IMG/VR virus record: IMGVR_UViG_3300025381_000009
Direction: 5' to 3' (one strand)
DNA length: 64,000 nucleotides
From: a virus
Position numbers and translations under genes: made by a program. Positions 54,604-63,740 of this stretch are shown piece by piece. The notes beneath the pieces were generated by a model. It made no database searches. It had not been told where the DNA came from and saw only the letters and a list, made by a program, of their open reading frames with translations. Position 1 is the stretch's first letter; the number at the start of each line of letters is the position of its first letter.

Positions 54604-54918
54604 TCATTTGGCCACCATAATTCTTTGTTGTTTGCCAGACCGACCAGGTCTAGTACCATCTTTTATCTCTATAAGATTTTTTCGCAATAAAGCTGAGTAT
54701 CTAGCAGTAATACTACTGTAAGGATACATGGGGAACATAGCCAATATTTCATCTGATATACAGCCCATGCCCCCAAACTTTTTAATCGACTCATACACCA
54801 ATTTTTCAAGCCGACTAGTATTTACCCTTTCGCCTGCATCTTTGGACGTTTGTGGGCTGTCTTTTCGGCTTAATTTTTTAGGATCTGTACCAAAGAAAGA
54901 CAATTCCATTTGAGTCAT
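54604..54918 (-). CDS. Winged-HTH-like hypothetical protein
   Basis: RKDSPQTS, SSITARY..L, GRSGKQQRI; similar to 6029..6340. Confidence 0.6.
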   Translation of the reverse strand: MTQMELSFFGTDPKKLSRKDSPQTSKDAGERVNTSRLEKLVYESIKKFGGMGCISDEILAMFPMYPYSSITARYSALLRKNLIEIKDGTRPGRSGKQQRIMVAK

Positions 54919-55097
54919 TTGAGTCTCCTAATGTACAAAATAATTTCAACAACATCTTTAAATTTGTTATCAGTCATCTCGTTGATGGATTCAACTGCCG
55001 CTCTAAGTCCTTGCTGATAGCCATCTTTCCACTGCTCAAGTGGATCCAGTTGGCGCTCAATCTTTGTTATCTCTGCTTTAATTTCATCTTGTGTCAT
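54915..55097 (-). CDS. Hypothetical protein
   Basis: AGGAG RBS, coupled. Confidence 0.6.
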   Translation of the reverse strand: MTQDEIKAEITKIERQLDPLEQWKDGYQQGLRAAVESINEMTDNKFKDVVEIILYIRRLK

Positions 55098-55111
55098 TTA
55101 AATCTCCTTAT

Positions 55112-55125
55112 ACCCCCGAAGGGGC
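55112..55125 (-). other. Short cUUCGg hairpin
   Basis: GCCCC-TTCG-GGGGT between genes. Confidence 0.55.
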
Positions 55126-55131
55126 TTTGGT

Positions 55132-55425
55132 TTAACGTGCTGTAACTCTTACGCCAAATACTGCTGTGACCTTGGTGTGCTTTGCAACCAACTCAGTGGG
55201 AACTTGGAGTTCAGCCAATAAAGATTTGTAATCAACTGTGTTACGGTTTGTTTCTGTGTATGTGGCTTTGAACAATGTACCTTCAACAACTTTATCTCCG
55301 CCTGCTGATGCGCTGTCTTTGATCTGGTCTTTGATTGCGTCAGCCTTAGCTGTGAGTTCTGCAATACGTGCAAGTAATTCGCCGAGTGTGTCTACTGAGG
55401 AGAAGGGGATGTTTGCGTTTGTCAT
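55132..55425 (-). CDS. Conserved hypothetical phage protein
   Basis: VDTLGELLARIAEL...VEGTLFKAT...VDYK.L; AAGGA RBS, own upstream regulatory region. Confidence 0.7.
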   Translation of the reverse strand: MTNANIPFSSVDTLGELLARIAELTAKADAIKDQIKDSASAGGDKVVEGTLFKATYTETNRNTVDYKSLLAELQVPTELVAKHTKVTAVFGVRVTAR

Positions 55426-55447
55426 TTTGTTTTCCTTTTAAAGTTAA

Positions 55448-55486
55448 ATATCGGTAACCGATATGCGTATCTTAACTTAAAGTTAA
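55448..55486. promoter_or_regulatory. Two adjacent palindromes upstream of 55132..55425
   Basis: ATATCGGT-A-ACCGATAT (55448-55464) and TTAACT-TAA-AGTTAA (55472-55486). Confidence 0.55.
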
Positions 55487-55528
55487 TGCTTAAACCGTCC
55501 AAAAACAAAATAAATGTTAGGACAAACC

Positions 55529-55801
55529 CTAATTACGTAAAAATACTTGCATCAAGTTAGAGATGGTGTTGTTCAAAGCAGACAACTCGTCCATTTTCAT
55601 GACTTTCCACATATGTTGACGACCGTGAATACCGTTATGACTCCCCTGATGGCAGTCCTTACACAGAGGGATGCAAGTATATGTCTGGCCTTGCTTGATA
55701 TGGTGGGCGTCACTTGGTCCTTCCTGTTCACACACTACACAGGGAAGGGTCTTGATCATCCCCAAATAGTCTCGTTCAGCCTTTGTCAGCTTGCTGTTCA
55801 T
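55529..55801 (-). CDS. HNH/Zn-finger nuclease-like protein (Ref/DUF968-like)
   Basis: CVVC...DAHHI...IPLC..CH.G..GIH. Confidence 0.7.
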   Translation of the reverse strand: MNSKLTKAERDYLGMIKTLPCVVCEQEGPSDAHHIKQGQTYTCIPLCKDCHQGSHNGIHGRQHMWKVMKMDELSALNNTISNLMQVFLRN

Positions 55802-56145
55802 AGGGTGGCTTTGTCTATTGTGCGGTTAGAGGCCTCCTGAGACCTCCATACGGCGATTCTTTCTTGCGCCGCTACCATCAGCCACTTGAGCCTTTCCTCT
55901 TCGTGTACGGCCTCTTGAAGGGCTTTTAGGTGGCTTTTATATGTAGGGTCAGCATAAGCCTCACGCTCTTGCATAACGGCGGTCTTATGTCCTAATCTCT
56001 CGGCCGATATCATACATTCAGCTTTAATCGTTTTTCTCATCTCCTCCATCATGACTCGGTTGGATTTAGCAACTGCATATGGCTTACTCTGCTCGATCAA
56101 AAAGTCAACGGCTTCTTGTGGGTCAATTAATTTGCGTTTTTTCAT
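55798..56145 (-). CDS. Conserved helical phage protein
   Basis: EREAYA...EEERLKW...IAVWRSQEAS.R. Confidence 0.7.
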   Translation of the reverse strand: MKKRKLIDPQEAVDFLIEQSKPYAVAKSNRVMMEEMRKTIKAECMISAERLGHKTAVMQEREAYADPTYKSHLKALQEAVHEEERLKWLMVAAQERIAVWRSQEASNRTIDKATL

Positions 56146-56546
56146 TTTCCAACCCTATAAAATCTTACCTCTCCCATCAAGCTTGGATATTTCATGTGAT
56201 CCATAGATCCTGGCCTTCCCTCAAACGGTTTGAGTTCAAGTCCTGCGTAAGTTCCAACTAAATTAGATATTCGATCTACTTTTGGTTTGCGGATCTTTAC
56301 TGGACCCATAGATATATATTTTTGCTCTCCGGCTTTCGTAACAACCAAATGAGGATGAAAATCTGTTCTATTTTCTTTTACGACAAATCCATCAAATATT
56401 AGTGGAGAAATAATAAACTCTTCAAGTCTTAAAATAGATTCTTTGTAATTGATTTCTTTTCTAAGATCTTGAGCGGTTAGACCCGATAAATATATTCTCT
56501 CAAGAGCCATATGTATTTTTGATCCAGTCGTGTATTTACTAATCAT
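56142..56546 (-). CDS. Conserved hypothetical protein (copy B of 460..864)
   Basis: Both 134 aa, shared motifs. Confidence 0.8.
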   Translation of the reverse strand: MISKYTTGSKIHMALERIYLSGLTAQDLRKEINYKESILRLEEFIISPLIFDGFVVKENRTDFHPHLVVTKAGEQKYISMGPVKIRKPKVDRISNLVGTYAGLELKPFEGRPGSMDHMKYPSLMGEVRFYRVGK

Positions 56547-56898
56547 CTTGGTTTATCTCCACAATTAATTTGCCTGGTTTTTTTCCTTCAGTCCAATTAA
56601 TTTCAATTGGCCGAAAGAATTTATCATTAACTTGTAACGCATCAGCAAAACCATCAAGCAAAGACTTACTCGCACTCAAGCAATTGTCTATGTCTCTGTG
56701 TCTTTTATCTGGCATTACAAATGTTAACTTTAACTTAATGTTACCACCATTCCAAGTCCAATTTCTTTTTTCTTGTTTGGTTAAATAAAATCCTGTCTCA
56801 CGACAATCACCTTTTAGCTTATACAGTTTTGCCCATGCGTGACCATGCATACGATTAGGAAATAATTCTTTTGGTGGGAATGGTAGTTCTACTTTCAA
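56539..56898 (-). CDS. rusA: RusA-like resolvase (copy B)
   Basis: PDKRHRDIDNCL; TTG start overlapping the helicase stop. Confidence 0.8.
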   Translation of the reverse strand: MKVELPFPPKELFPNRMHGHAWAKLYKLKGDCRETGFYLTKQEKRNWTWNGGNIKLKLTFVMPDKRHRDIDNCLSASKSLLDGFADALQVNDKFFRPIEINWTEGKKPGKLIVEINQDD

Positions 56899-57848
56899 AA
56901 TGCTGTCCTAAATCTCATTGGTTCTTTACCCTGCTCCTCAACGTACTGCTGAGAGTCTTTGTGGTACCAGAGGTTAAACGTCGGCTCATCCTCCCCGTTC
57001 CTTTGCTTACGACATAGGATCATGGCGTCAGGGTCAGACTGTGCGGCGCTGAGTATCCCCTTAGACTTCAGGTCGTCCTCTTTCTTTTTATTGCGCCACA
57101 CGAGCATAATGTTGTCGGGTTGGTCAGTAATAGCGCCAGATCCTTTGTTGTCGTGCTTGTCAGGCAACTCGTACTCATCCTTGGGCTTTCGCAGGTGGTG
57201 GACGACGTGGATATGACCTGCGTAGTCTCTAGCCATTCCACAGCACCTGTCGATAAAGTACTTCTGACCGTTGTAGTCATCCTCCCCCATCACGCACTTC
57301 ATGAGCGAATCCACAAAGACGTGCTGAATCTTCAACTCCTCAAAGCAGTACTTGATCATGCCCAGAACCGTGTCAGGTTTCACCGAGCCTTGTTGGTCAT
57401 AGAACCACATGCCTTGGTCTAACCACACGCCAAACTCGTTGTAAAGCTGTTTGAGCGCCTCCAAACCTTCAGGGTTCATGAACTCCTTGGACGTTGGATT
57501 CATGCCTATAAACTGCCTAGCCATGCGCTTCATGGTCGTCACAGGCTTCATCTCAAAACTTGCGATACAGACCTTCTGCTGTTGTTGGATCAGGCTAAGC
57601 GCCACCTGGGAGGTCACCATTGACTTGCCGTGCCCGTTCTGCCCCGCCCAAATCGTTACCTCGCCATCCCTGAAGTGAAAGAACGGCTCGGTCTTTGCCC
57701 AGGGTAGGGTGACTTTCTTTCCGTCTTTGTGTTCCTCAAGATCGGCTATCAGATCTTGGATGTAGGACTTGGCAGGGTGAATCTTTGCCTGCATCTCGGT
57801 GGCTTGGAGGTAAGCCTCAAAATCTACGTCATCAGGAATTAAGTTCAT
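56895..57848 (-). CDS. DnaB-like helicase (copy B)
   Basis: Near-identical to 2543..3496; start MNLIPDD. Confidence 0.9.
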   Translation of the reverse strand: MNLIPDDVDFEAYLQATEMQAKIHPAKSYIQDLIADLEEHKDGKKVTLPWAKTEPFFHFRDGEVTIWAGQNGHGKSMVTSQVALSLIQQQQKVCIASFEMKPVTTMKRMARQFIGMNPTSKEFMNPEGLEALKQLYNEFGVWLDQGMWFYDQQGSVKPDTVLGMIKYCFEELKIQHVFVDSLMKCVMGEDDYNGQKYFIDRCCGMARDYAGHIHVVHHLRKPKDEYELPDKHDNKGSGAITDQPDNIMLVWRNKKKEDDLKSKGILSAAQSDPDAMILCRKQRNGEDEPTFNLWYHKDSQQYVEEQGKEPMRFRTAF

Positions 57849-58197
57849 TTGCGACCTCCGTCTCGTCGTAGCCAGTCCTGGCGTCATACATTCGTGACCA
57901 GTAATGCTTTTGTCGTATCTCACCTTGCCATGTAACGGTCATGAAGTCGCATTGAGCCTTCAGCAAGGCTTCAAACAGGGCTACAGCGCGTTCTTTTGTC
58001 TTGGGGTAGGCAAAGACATACATCCCCTTCAAAAACCGCAGGTCGAGGCGATCTATGGCTTTCTCGTCATAGATTGTGATCTCAGGTGAGTGCTCCTCCT
58101 CAACCCAGTTGGGTAGGTAAGGCTCGTCATAGATAAACGCTAGGGATGGATGGATGCCGCGCTTACGCATGTCGATCAGATGTTGGTGTCCTTTCAT
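57832..58197 (-). CDS. Conserved hypothetical protein (copy B of 3480..3845)
   Basis: Start MKGHQHL overlaps the initiator stop. Confidence 0.8.
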   Translation of the reverse strand: MKGHQHLIDMRKRGIHPSLAFIYDEPYLPNWVEEEHSPEITIYDEKAIDRLDLRFLKGMYVFAYPKTKERAVALFEALLKAQCDFMTVTWQGEIRQKHYWSRMYDARTGYDETEVANELNS

Positions 58198-58829
58198 ATG
58201 CCCTCCGAGAAGTTTGGCTTTCTGCTGACAGTTGTAGCCTGAGTAGCCTTTTGATTCCTGACCCATGTTCGCCAAGTAGCAAACCAGTCAAGCTTTACCC
58301 CCTTTTGCCCTGGCTGAGCAATCCAGTAATCGCGGAACCCTTCAAAGAGTTGATCAGGATCTAAGTCAGATCTTGTCTTTTCGCAGAAGTCTAGGTATTC
58401 GGGAGATAGCGTAGCGTCAGGAGATAGACGAGTTCCACGAGTTGTCTTTACTGTGTCTTGTGTCTTGGGTAATGGGTCTTGGGTAGCATTGCTTTCGGAT
58501 TGCGTTTGCAATGCGTTCGCATTCCATCTAGCCATAGCACTTTTCTTGGCTTTTTCACTCTTAGAATTGACCTTTTGGATCTCCTGATTGACCCTCTCAT
58601 TAGACCATCCCCCTTCTATGCGAACGAAGTATTCTTGCAAGACCCTCGCAATGCAATCGGTATGCGAACGCATACAAATTAGCCTAGCAATCTCATCAAT
58701 ATTTTCAGGAAGTGATCGTTCGTGGAGGTAACACCAATCAAGTAACCTGCGATAAGCAAGGTCTTCAAATAGATCAAGGTGTTTGGTATGACTTTGATAG
58801 TCACCAATATTAAATAAATAATAGTGCAT
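58194..58829 (-). CDS. Replication initiator, DUF1376/YdaU N-terminus (copy B)
   Basis: MHYYLFNIGDY, DLAYRRLLD.CY; C-terminus RGTRL..FRDYW..DWFATWRTWVRN differs from copy A. Confidence 0.8.
   Translation of the reverse strand: MHYYLFNIGDYQSHTKHLDLFEDLAYRRLLDWCYLHERSLPENIDEIARLICMRSHTDCIARVLQEYFVRIEGGWSNERVNQEIQKVNSKSEKAKKSAMARWNANALQTQSESNATQDPLPKTQDTVKTTRGTRLSPDATLSPEYLDFCEKTRSDLDPDQLFEGFRDYWIAQPGQKGVKLDWFATWRTWVRNQKATQATTVSRKPNFSEGI
58452..58517. repeat. Probable origin iterons (copy B)
   Basis: Five 7-mers TG(T/G)GT(C/A)N at 58452-58486, then TTGCG/ATGCG repeats. Confidence 0.55.
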
Positions 58830-58862
58830 GGTTTTTCCGCTTTTAAAATTCCGCCTGTAAAG

Positions 58863-58928
58863 GAAACCTCGGCAGGAGGGCGGAGACTCTTTTCGGTATG
58901 CTCATGACTTCATACCTAGCCGTGTTTC
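58863..58928 (-). ncRNA. C4/P4-CI-like structured antisense RNA (copy B)
   Basis: Same scaffold as 4555-4621; last loop UCUCCGCC. Confidence 0.7.
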
Positions 58929-58938
58929 GCAAATCATA

Positions 58939-59139
58939 TCACGAAAATATATCAGATCTCAGTTCTTTTTTTGTGACTAACCCTTGGGTCGCCTCTTCTA
59001 TCTTGATAGACAGCGTAGGAGAGGGCTTACGGTGCCCGTGGATGAGCAAAGACAACCAAGTGGATGTTACCCCCAAATAAGTGGCCATCTCAACTATAGC
59101 CCCTTTAGGCTCCTCTTTAAAATAATCATTTAATGTCAT
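58939..59139 (-). CDS. Cro/YdaS-like HTH regulator (copy B)
   Basis: Near-identical to 4628..4831; AAGGAG RBS. Confidence 0.85.
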   Translation of the reverse strand: MTLNDYFKEEPKGAIVEMATYLGVTSTWLSLLIHGHRKPSPTLSIKIEEATQGLVTKKELRSDIFS

Positions 59140-59161
59140 ACGATATCTCCTTACCCGTACT

Positions 59162-59225
59162 TTAACATAAAATTAATTGTTGTAGATATGCAACCGTTAA
59201 TTCAAAGTTAAAACTGTGGTACATT
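59162..59225. promoter_or_regulatory. Divergent promoter region (copy B)
   Basis: Degenerate palindromes at 59162-59176 and 59197-59211; TGGTACATT at 59217-59225. Confidence 0.55.
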
Positions 59226-59263
59226 ACCTGTGCGAGTTTCTCGTATTAACAAAAGGAAATAAA

Positions 59264-59467
59264 TTGAAAAAGATTATCAAAACCAAAACAGGAATCCTAA
59301 TTGGTTCTGCCTACATTGCCCCACCTATCAAAACAACTCCTGATGAAGATCGCATTCAAAAATCTTTACTTGGGATAAAAACAATTGACCCTTGCAAAAT
59401 AATTGATTTTGCTGTTATTTGTGCAATGTTATTTATTGTTATTGCAGTTGCAATTACTTTGATTTAA
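59264..59467 (+). CDS. Small membrane-anchored early protein (copy B)
   Basis: TTG start after AAGGA; TKTGILIG..DEDRIQKSLLG; C-terminal TM. Confidence 0.65.
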   Translation: MKKIIKTKTGILIGSAYIAPPIKTTPDEDRIQKSLLGIKTIDPCKIIDFAVICAMLFIVIAVAITLI

Positions 59468-59477
59468 GGGGATTCAA

Positions 59478-59630
59478 ATGAATAGCAAACTAATCGATGA
59501 ATGGGAAGATTTTAAAAAAAGCAAAGAAGAAATGGATGAATATGAACTATACACAATGATAGAAGAATACAAAAAATTAACAACACAACAGAAAATTATT
59601 TACAACAAATTGATAGAGGAAACATCATGA
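59478..59630 (+). CDS. 50-aa acidic protein (copy B of 6805..6975)
   Basis: EWEDFKKSKEE.DEY.LY.MIEEYKKLT. Confidence 0.75.
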   Translation: MNSKLIDEWEDFKKSKEEMDEYELYTMIEEYKKLTTQQKIIYNKLIEETS

Positions 59631-60262
59631 GCTTTTATGTAGAAAATGGTGGGCAAGCATCTAATTTTAAAAATGTACCAGGCGGATTACATCTTGCTAG
59701 ATGTTATCGTATCGTAGACCTTGGAACTCAAAAATCTGAATACAACTCAGAGGTATCCTTCAAACGGAAAATTATGGTCGGTTGGGAGCTTCACGGCGAA
59801 GACAGCGATGGCCAACCCTTGATGACAGATGACCTAAAGCCAATGGCTATATTCAAGAATTACACCTTGTCTTGGGGAGAGAAAGCTACCTTACGCATTG
59901 ATTTACAGGCATGGAGGGGTAAACCTTTCTCTTCTGAAGAAATGACCCGATTTGACCTCAAAAACATTTTAGGCCAGTGGTGCATGGCAAATGTAATTCA
60001 AAAGCCTGTTAACGGGAAGATTTACTCAAATGTGGCCTCTTTAACACCCGTGCCTCAAGTGGTTAAAACAGCAGGCCTACCCAAAGGTATCAATGTTTGC
60101 CAAATATTTAATATTTCCGAGCCAGATATGAAGGTATTTGAGACTTTTAGCAAGAACCTAAAGGCCAAGATCGAAGCCAGTCCTGAGTGGAAGGCCAGAA
60201 CAAATACTGGGTTTGAAGAAATGCCTGACGACTTAGAAGATGAATCTGATGTGCCCTTTTAA
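59627..60262 (+). CDS. Putative SSB (copy B)
   Basis: Homologue of 6953..7576; acidic tail DVPF. Confidence 0.7.
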   Translation: MSFYVENGGQASNFKNVPGGLHLARCYRIVDLGTQKSEYNSEVSFKRKIMVGWELHGEDSDGQPLMTDDLKPMAIFKNYTLSWGEKATLRIDLQAWRGKPFSSEEMTRFDLKNILGQWCMANVIQKPVNGKIYSNVASLTPVPQVVKTAGLPKGINVCQIFNISEPDMKVFETFSKNLKAKIEASPEWKARTNTGFEEMPDDLEDESDVPF

Positions 60263-60288
60263 CAAAACAAAAAATTACAGGAAATAAA

Positions 60289-61050
60289 ATGACAACAGTA
60301 ATAGCCAGATCAAGTGAAAGTCAACACTGGTACACAAGGGGGGGCAACCCCCAGTACACAGTCACAGCAAAAGACGGATCGCAACGAAATACAACGCTCA
60401 GGGACGCTCGAAAACTTGATTTAATACCTTCGGTTACGACCATTCTAAACATCGCCGCTAAGCCGGGTTTAGAGGCTTGGAAGCTCAACCAGATGATGCT
60501 TGCTTGTATGACCCTTACAAAAGCATCAGATGAGTCTGAGCAATCTTATATTGAGAGAGTGAAGCAAGACTCAAGAGAACACGCAAAAAAGGCAGCGGAA
60601 AGAGGTACCACTATCCACGGCGCCTTAGAAAGCTTCTTTGAAGGAATTACGCTTGCTGAATTTATGGAATATCAGATTGGTGTATCTACAGAAATGGATA
60701 AGTTGTTTGGGCCTAAGAATTGGCTTACAGAACGGTCTTTTGGTAGTAATGGGTTTGGTGGGAAAGTTGACTTAATGACAAAAGAAGGCGAAGGCATTGT
60801 TGTTGACTTTAAAACAAAAGAATTTGGACCCAACGATAAGATAGATGCATATGACGAGCATTTAATGCAACTGTCCGCTTATCGAATTGGTTTAGATATA
60901 CCAAAAGCCAGATGCGCCAACGTGTTTGTATCTGTAACCAACCCTGGTCTAGTCAAAATTATTGAATGGTCTCAGGAAGATTTGGATAGGGGATGGAAGA
61001 TGTTTGATGCTTTAAAAACTTTTTGGCAACTTAAAAACGATCACAGGTGA
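60289..61050 (+). CDS. PD-(D/E)XK exonuclease-like protein (copy B)
   Basis: PSVTTI, RGTTIH, GGKVD..DFKT, QLSAY. Confidence 0.8.
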   Translation: MTTVIARSSESQHWYTRGGNPQYTVTAKDGSQRNTTLRDARKLDLIPSVTTILNIAAKPGLEAWKLNQMMLACMTLTKASDESEQSYIERVKQDSREHAKKAAERGTTIHGALESFFEGITLAEFMEYQIGVSTEMDKLFGPKNWLTERSFGSNGFGGKVDLMTKEGEGIVVDFKTKEFGPNDKIDAYDEHLMQLSAYRIGLDIPKARCANVFVSVTNPGLVKIIEWSQEDLDRGWKMFDALKTFWQLKNDHR

Positions 61051-61053
61051 CAT

Positions 61054-61344
61054 ATGAAAAAATTAATATGGATATCCATCTTGTGTGGATGCTCAACGCC
61101 TCCACCGCCTGTACAGCCTTATAACATACCAACTAATGTGGCTAGCCTCCCCGCGGTCCAAGTCATGTATGACTCAAGGATTCAGCAGATGAGTAGAAAT
61201 GAAGTAATTAGCGCAACTCATGAATGTGAGTCTACAGGATTAAGACCCGTTCCCATCATAACAAAACGAATGATTGGAGGACCAAACGGGCAAATAAGTG
61301 AGATGATTGTTGATGTAGTGTGTATGCCAAAATTTAAATACTAA
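61054..61344 (+). CDS. Predicted lipoprotein (copy B)
   Basis: MKKLIWISILCGC. Confidence 0.6.
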   Translation: MKKLIWISILCGCSTPPPPVQPYNIPTNVASLPAVQVMYDSRIQQMSRNEVISATHECESTGLRPVPIITKRMIGGPNGQISEMIVDVVCMPKFKY

Positions 61345-61353
61345 GGAGAAATT

Positions 61354-61668
61354 ATGAAAGTAACATTTGATTTAGATGATGCAATAGAGAATAGAGTTTT
61401 TAATGCGCCTGAAGGTTATCGTAGACTTACGATTAATCTTCCTGAAGAACTACATAAAAAAATTAAATTGCACGCAGTCCAAGATGACACAACAGTCACC
61501 GATATTATTACTGACTTGATTGAGCAGTATTTTGGTACAGAAATTACTTTTAAAAACATTGAGGAACAAGCCAATAAACTTTTTGAAGAAGAAGTAAAGA
61601 AGTATACAAAACCACCCGCCAAACGCGGTAGACCATCTAAATTATCTCAAGCAAAAGGTAAAAAATGA
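61354..61668 (+). CDS. Ribbon-helix-helix-like DNA-binding protein with AT-hook-like tail
   Basis: RRLTINLPEELHKKIKLHA....TVTDII..LI; PAKRGRPSK. Confidence 0.6.
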   Translation: MKVTFDLDDAIENRVFNAPEGYRRLTINLPEELHKKIKLHAVQDDTTVTDIITDLIEQYFGTEITFKNIEEQANKLFEEEVKKYTKPPAKRGRPSKLSQAKGKK

Positions 61669-61910
61669 ACAATCCATATATTACTAAAGAACAAATACAA
61701 AAGATATTCTTTAACTCGAAGATGGATGATCCCAACGGCATCTATTTAGATCCAAGTGCTGATTTTGATTTGGTTGAATACTCAAACAACCTTATTTGGT
61801 TTGTACAAGAAGCCATTGCAAAAACAGAGAGAGGTCTTTGTATTGATTTTGTTAGATCTCTTAACTCTGAAGTAGCAAATGCTTTGGAGCAAAAACGCGG
61901 TAAGGTTTAA
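61665..61910 (+). CDS. Hypothetical protein (copy B of 9138..9377)
   Basis: Shared motifs. Confidence 0.75.
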   Translation: MNNPYITKEQIQKIFFNSKMDDPNGIYLDPSADFDLVEYSNNLIWFVQEAIAKTERGLCIDFVRSLNSEVANALEQKRGKV

Positions 61911-62026
61911 AAAACCCCCCTCAGACTTTTGATCCGAGGGGGAAACTCCTTGCGTTTTGGCAACTGCAAGTACATAGGAGGAGACGTCCTATGTTTTTTA
62001 AGGAGCTTTTGGCTCCTTTATTTTTT
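61911..62026. terminator. Convergent terminators/multi-hairpin element (copy B)
   Basis: Homologous to 9618-9735; last hairpin has a different sequence, AGGAGC-TTTT-G-GCTCCT. Confidence 0.7.
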
Positions 62027-63740
62027 ACGGTTGTTCTTTAGGATTAGAACCAACATTTGCACTTAATCTTGCCATTTGTTTAGAAAAAGTAGGCTCCAAT
62101 ACTTTCATAACATCTGGGCGTTCTGTGGCCAACTTAGTCATCATCTTCATCATTGGCTCGTTGTACATAAGGGCAGAGCCAACAAGTGGCGCAAAACCTG
62201 TTTTAAGGTGCCCCGCGCCCTCTGCCAAGCCTTTTAAAGACAGCATCGCTGCGAGCCTATCCGCTGTACCGCTGTTGGGTACAGGAGTGCCTAATACAGA
62301 CGTTGCCGCCTCGGCTTCAGGAACATATTGACCCATCCCCTTGGAAACATTTGTTTTACCTGCACTACCTTCAACAGCAGATTTGAATTGTGATGGAGTA
62401 AATATACCCTCATGACCTTTGGCAACTGCTTTTTGAATGGGTTGCATATTCTTAAATACTGCATGAGCTTTTTGCAATGTGTCAGCTATAGCAGGATTTT
62501 GATGTTCAAGTTGTTCTCTAAGTGTATTTAAAAAATTACTGTAAGCTTCTCCAACAGCATTTTTGCCTTCTTCATAAGCTTTATGAGAAGCCCTGCTTAA
62601 ATCAGATTCAATGTTTCTAAATTCAGTACCATCAAGAATGTGTTTGTTTTCAATATCTTTTAAATAATTGTCAACTAAATCTTTAACAACCAATTCTCTT
62701 TGTTTAATGTTTGGTAATTTTTCTGTGTGCTTAGCAATTGATTCATACAAATTTTTATTAACAGTTGGCGTATTCATTAAATTTGCATTTTGAATTACAT
62801 CGTTATACATTGTATTTACAGTATCGCTAATGTGTTTCATTGTCTCTTTACCCGCAGGTATGTTACTAGGTATTTTTATACCAAGTGGCTCATAAATTTT
62901 ATTAGCAATTGCACGATTAAAATCTTCATACGACTTTTGTAATCCACTACCAATTACAGATCCTGCAATCGGTAAACTGGTAAGCTTTTTCTCAAAGTTT
63001 TGTATTCCTTCACCAATTATTGGAAACTGACTAGCCAATTGACCAGGCGTAAACTTAGTCATGCCCATGTCTTTTAGTTGTTGAAGTCTGGTAGATACTT
63101 GTGGGTTAGTCAGCATTTGACTTGCTTTACCACCCACCACACCAAGCCCAGTAGATAATCCAAGATCTTCTATCTTTTCACCTAATATATCTAAATAATT
63201 TTTATTTTCTGTGTCTGCAACTTGTCCACCTAAGCCTTGAATAAAAGACGGAGCAACATATTTGAGCGAAGGTGACTTGGCAATCGCATTTGCAACCTGT
63301 GGGATTTTTGTCCCCAAAGTCTCAGGAATAGCCAAAGATGGCGCTATCTCTCCTACAGTTTCCATTGCAGACGCAGGGTTGACGCCCAAAGTCGTTGGAA
63401 CACTACTCTTAGCGTAGTTTGCATTCTTTTCCAGTGCTTGCATAGGACTATTGATATTCGCCCATTGCAACGCCCCTGCGATCGGTTTTAACACCCCTTG
63501 TAGCCCTGCAAGTCCAGACAACATGGCTGTACTAGCCCCAGACGTTGGATAAAAGCTATGGCCTGATTCCTCCTTATACCTAGGAAAATCATCCATATTG
63601 ACCTTTGGCTTTTCAACAGATGCTTCTGTTGGAGTGGATTTGCTCATCAAATAAGCCTGTGGGTCAAAACCCCCTGACTCTTGAGGAGGAGTTTGTTTGC
63701 TTTTTAAATAAGCCTGTGGATCAAATGTATTTGTTGTCAT
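62025..63740 (-). CDS. Putative DNA ejection protein (copy B of 9734..11449)
   Basis: 571 aa; PNSGTADRL. Confidence 0.65.
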   Translation of the reverse strand: MTTNTFDPQAYLKSKQTPPQESGGFDPQAYLMSKSTPTEASVEKPKVNMDDFPRYKEESGHSFYPTSGASTAMLSGLAGLQGVLKPIAGALQWANINSPMQALEKNANYAKSSVPTTLGVNPASAMETVGEIAPSLAIPETLGTKIPQVANAIAKSPSLKYVAPSFIQGLGGQVADTENKNYLDILGEKIEDLGLSTGLGVVGGKASQMLTNPQVSTRLQQLKDMGMTKFTPGQLASQFPIIGEGIQNFEKKLTSLPIAGSVIGSGLQKSYEDFNRAIANKIYEPLGIKIPSNIPAGKETMKHISDTVNTMYNDVIQNANLMNTPTVNKNLYESIAKHTEKLPNIKQRELVVKDLVDNYLKDIENKHILDGTEFRNIESDLSRASHKAYEEGKNAVGEAYSNFLNTLREQLEHQNPAIADTLQKAHAVFKNMQPIQKAVAKGHEGIFTPSQFKSAVEGSAGKTNVSKGMGQYVPEAEAATSVLGTPVPNSGTADRLAAMLSLKGLAEGAGHLKTGFAPLVGSALMYNEPMMKMMTKLATERPDVMKVLEPTFSKQMARLSANVGSNPKEQP

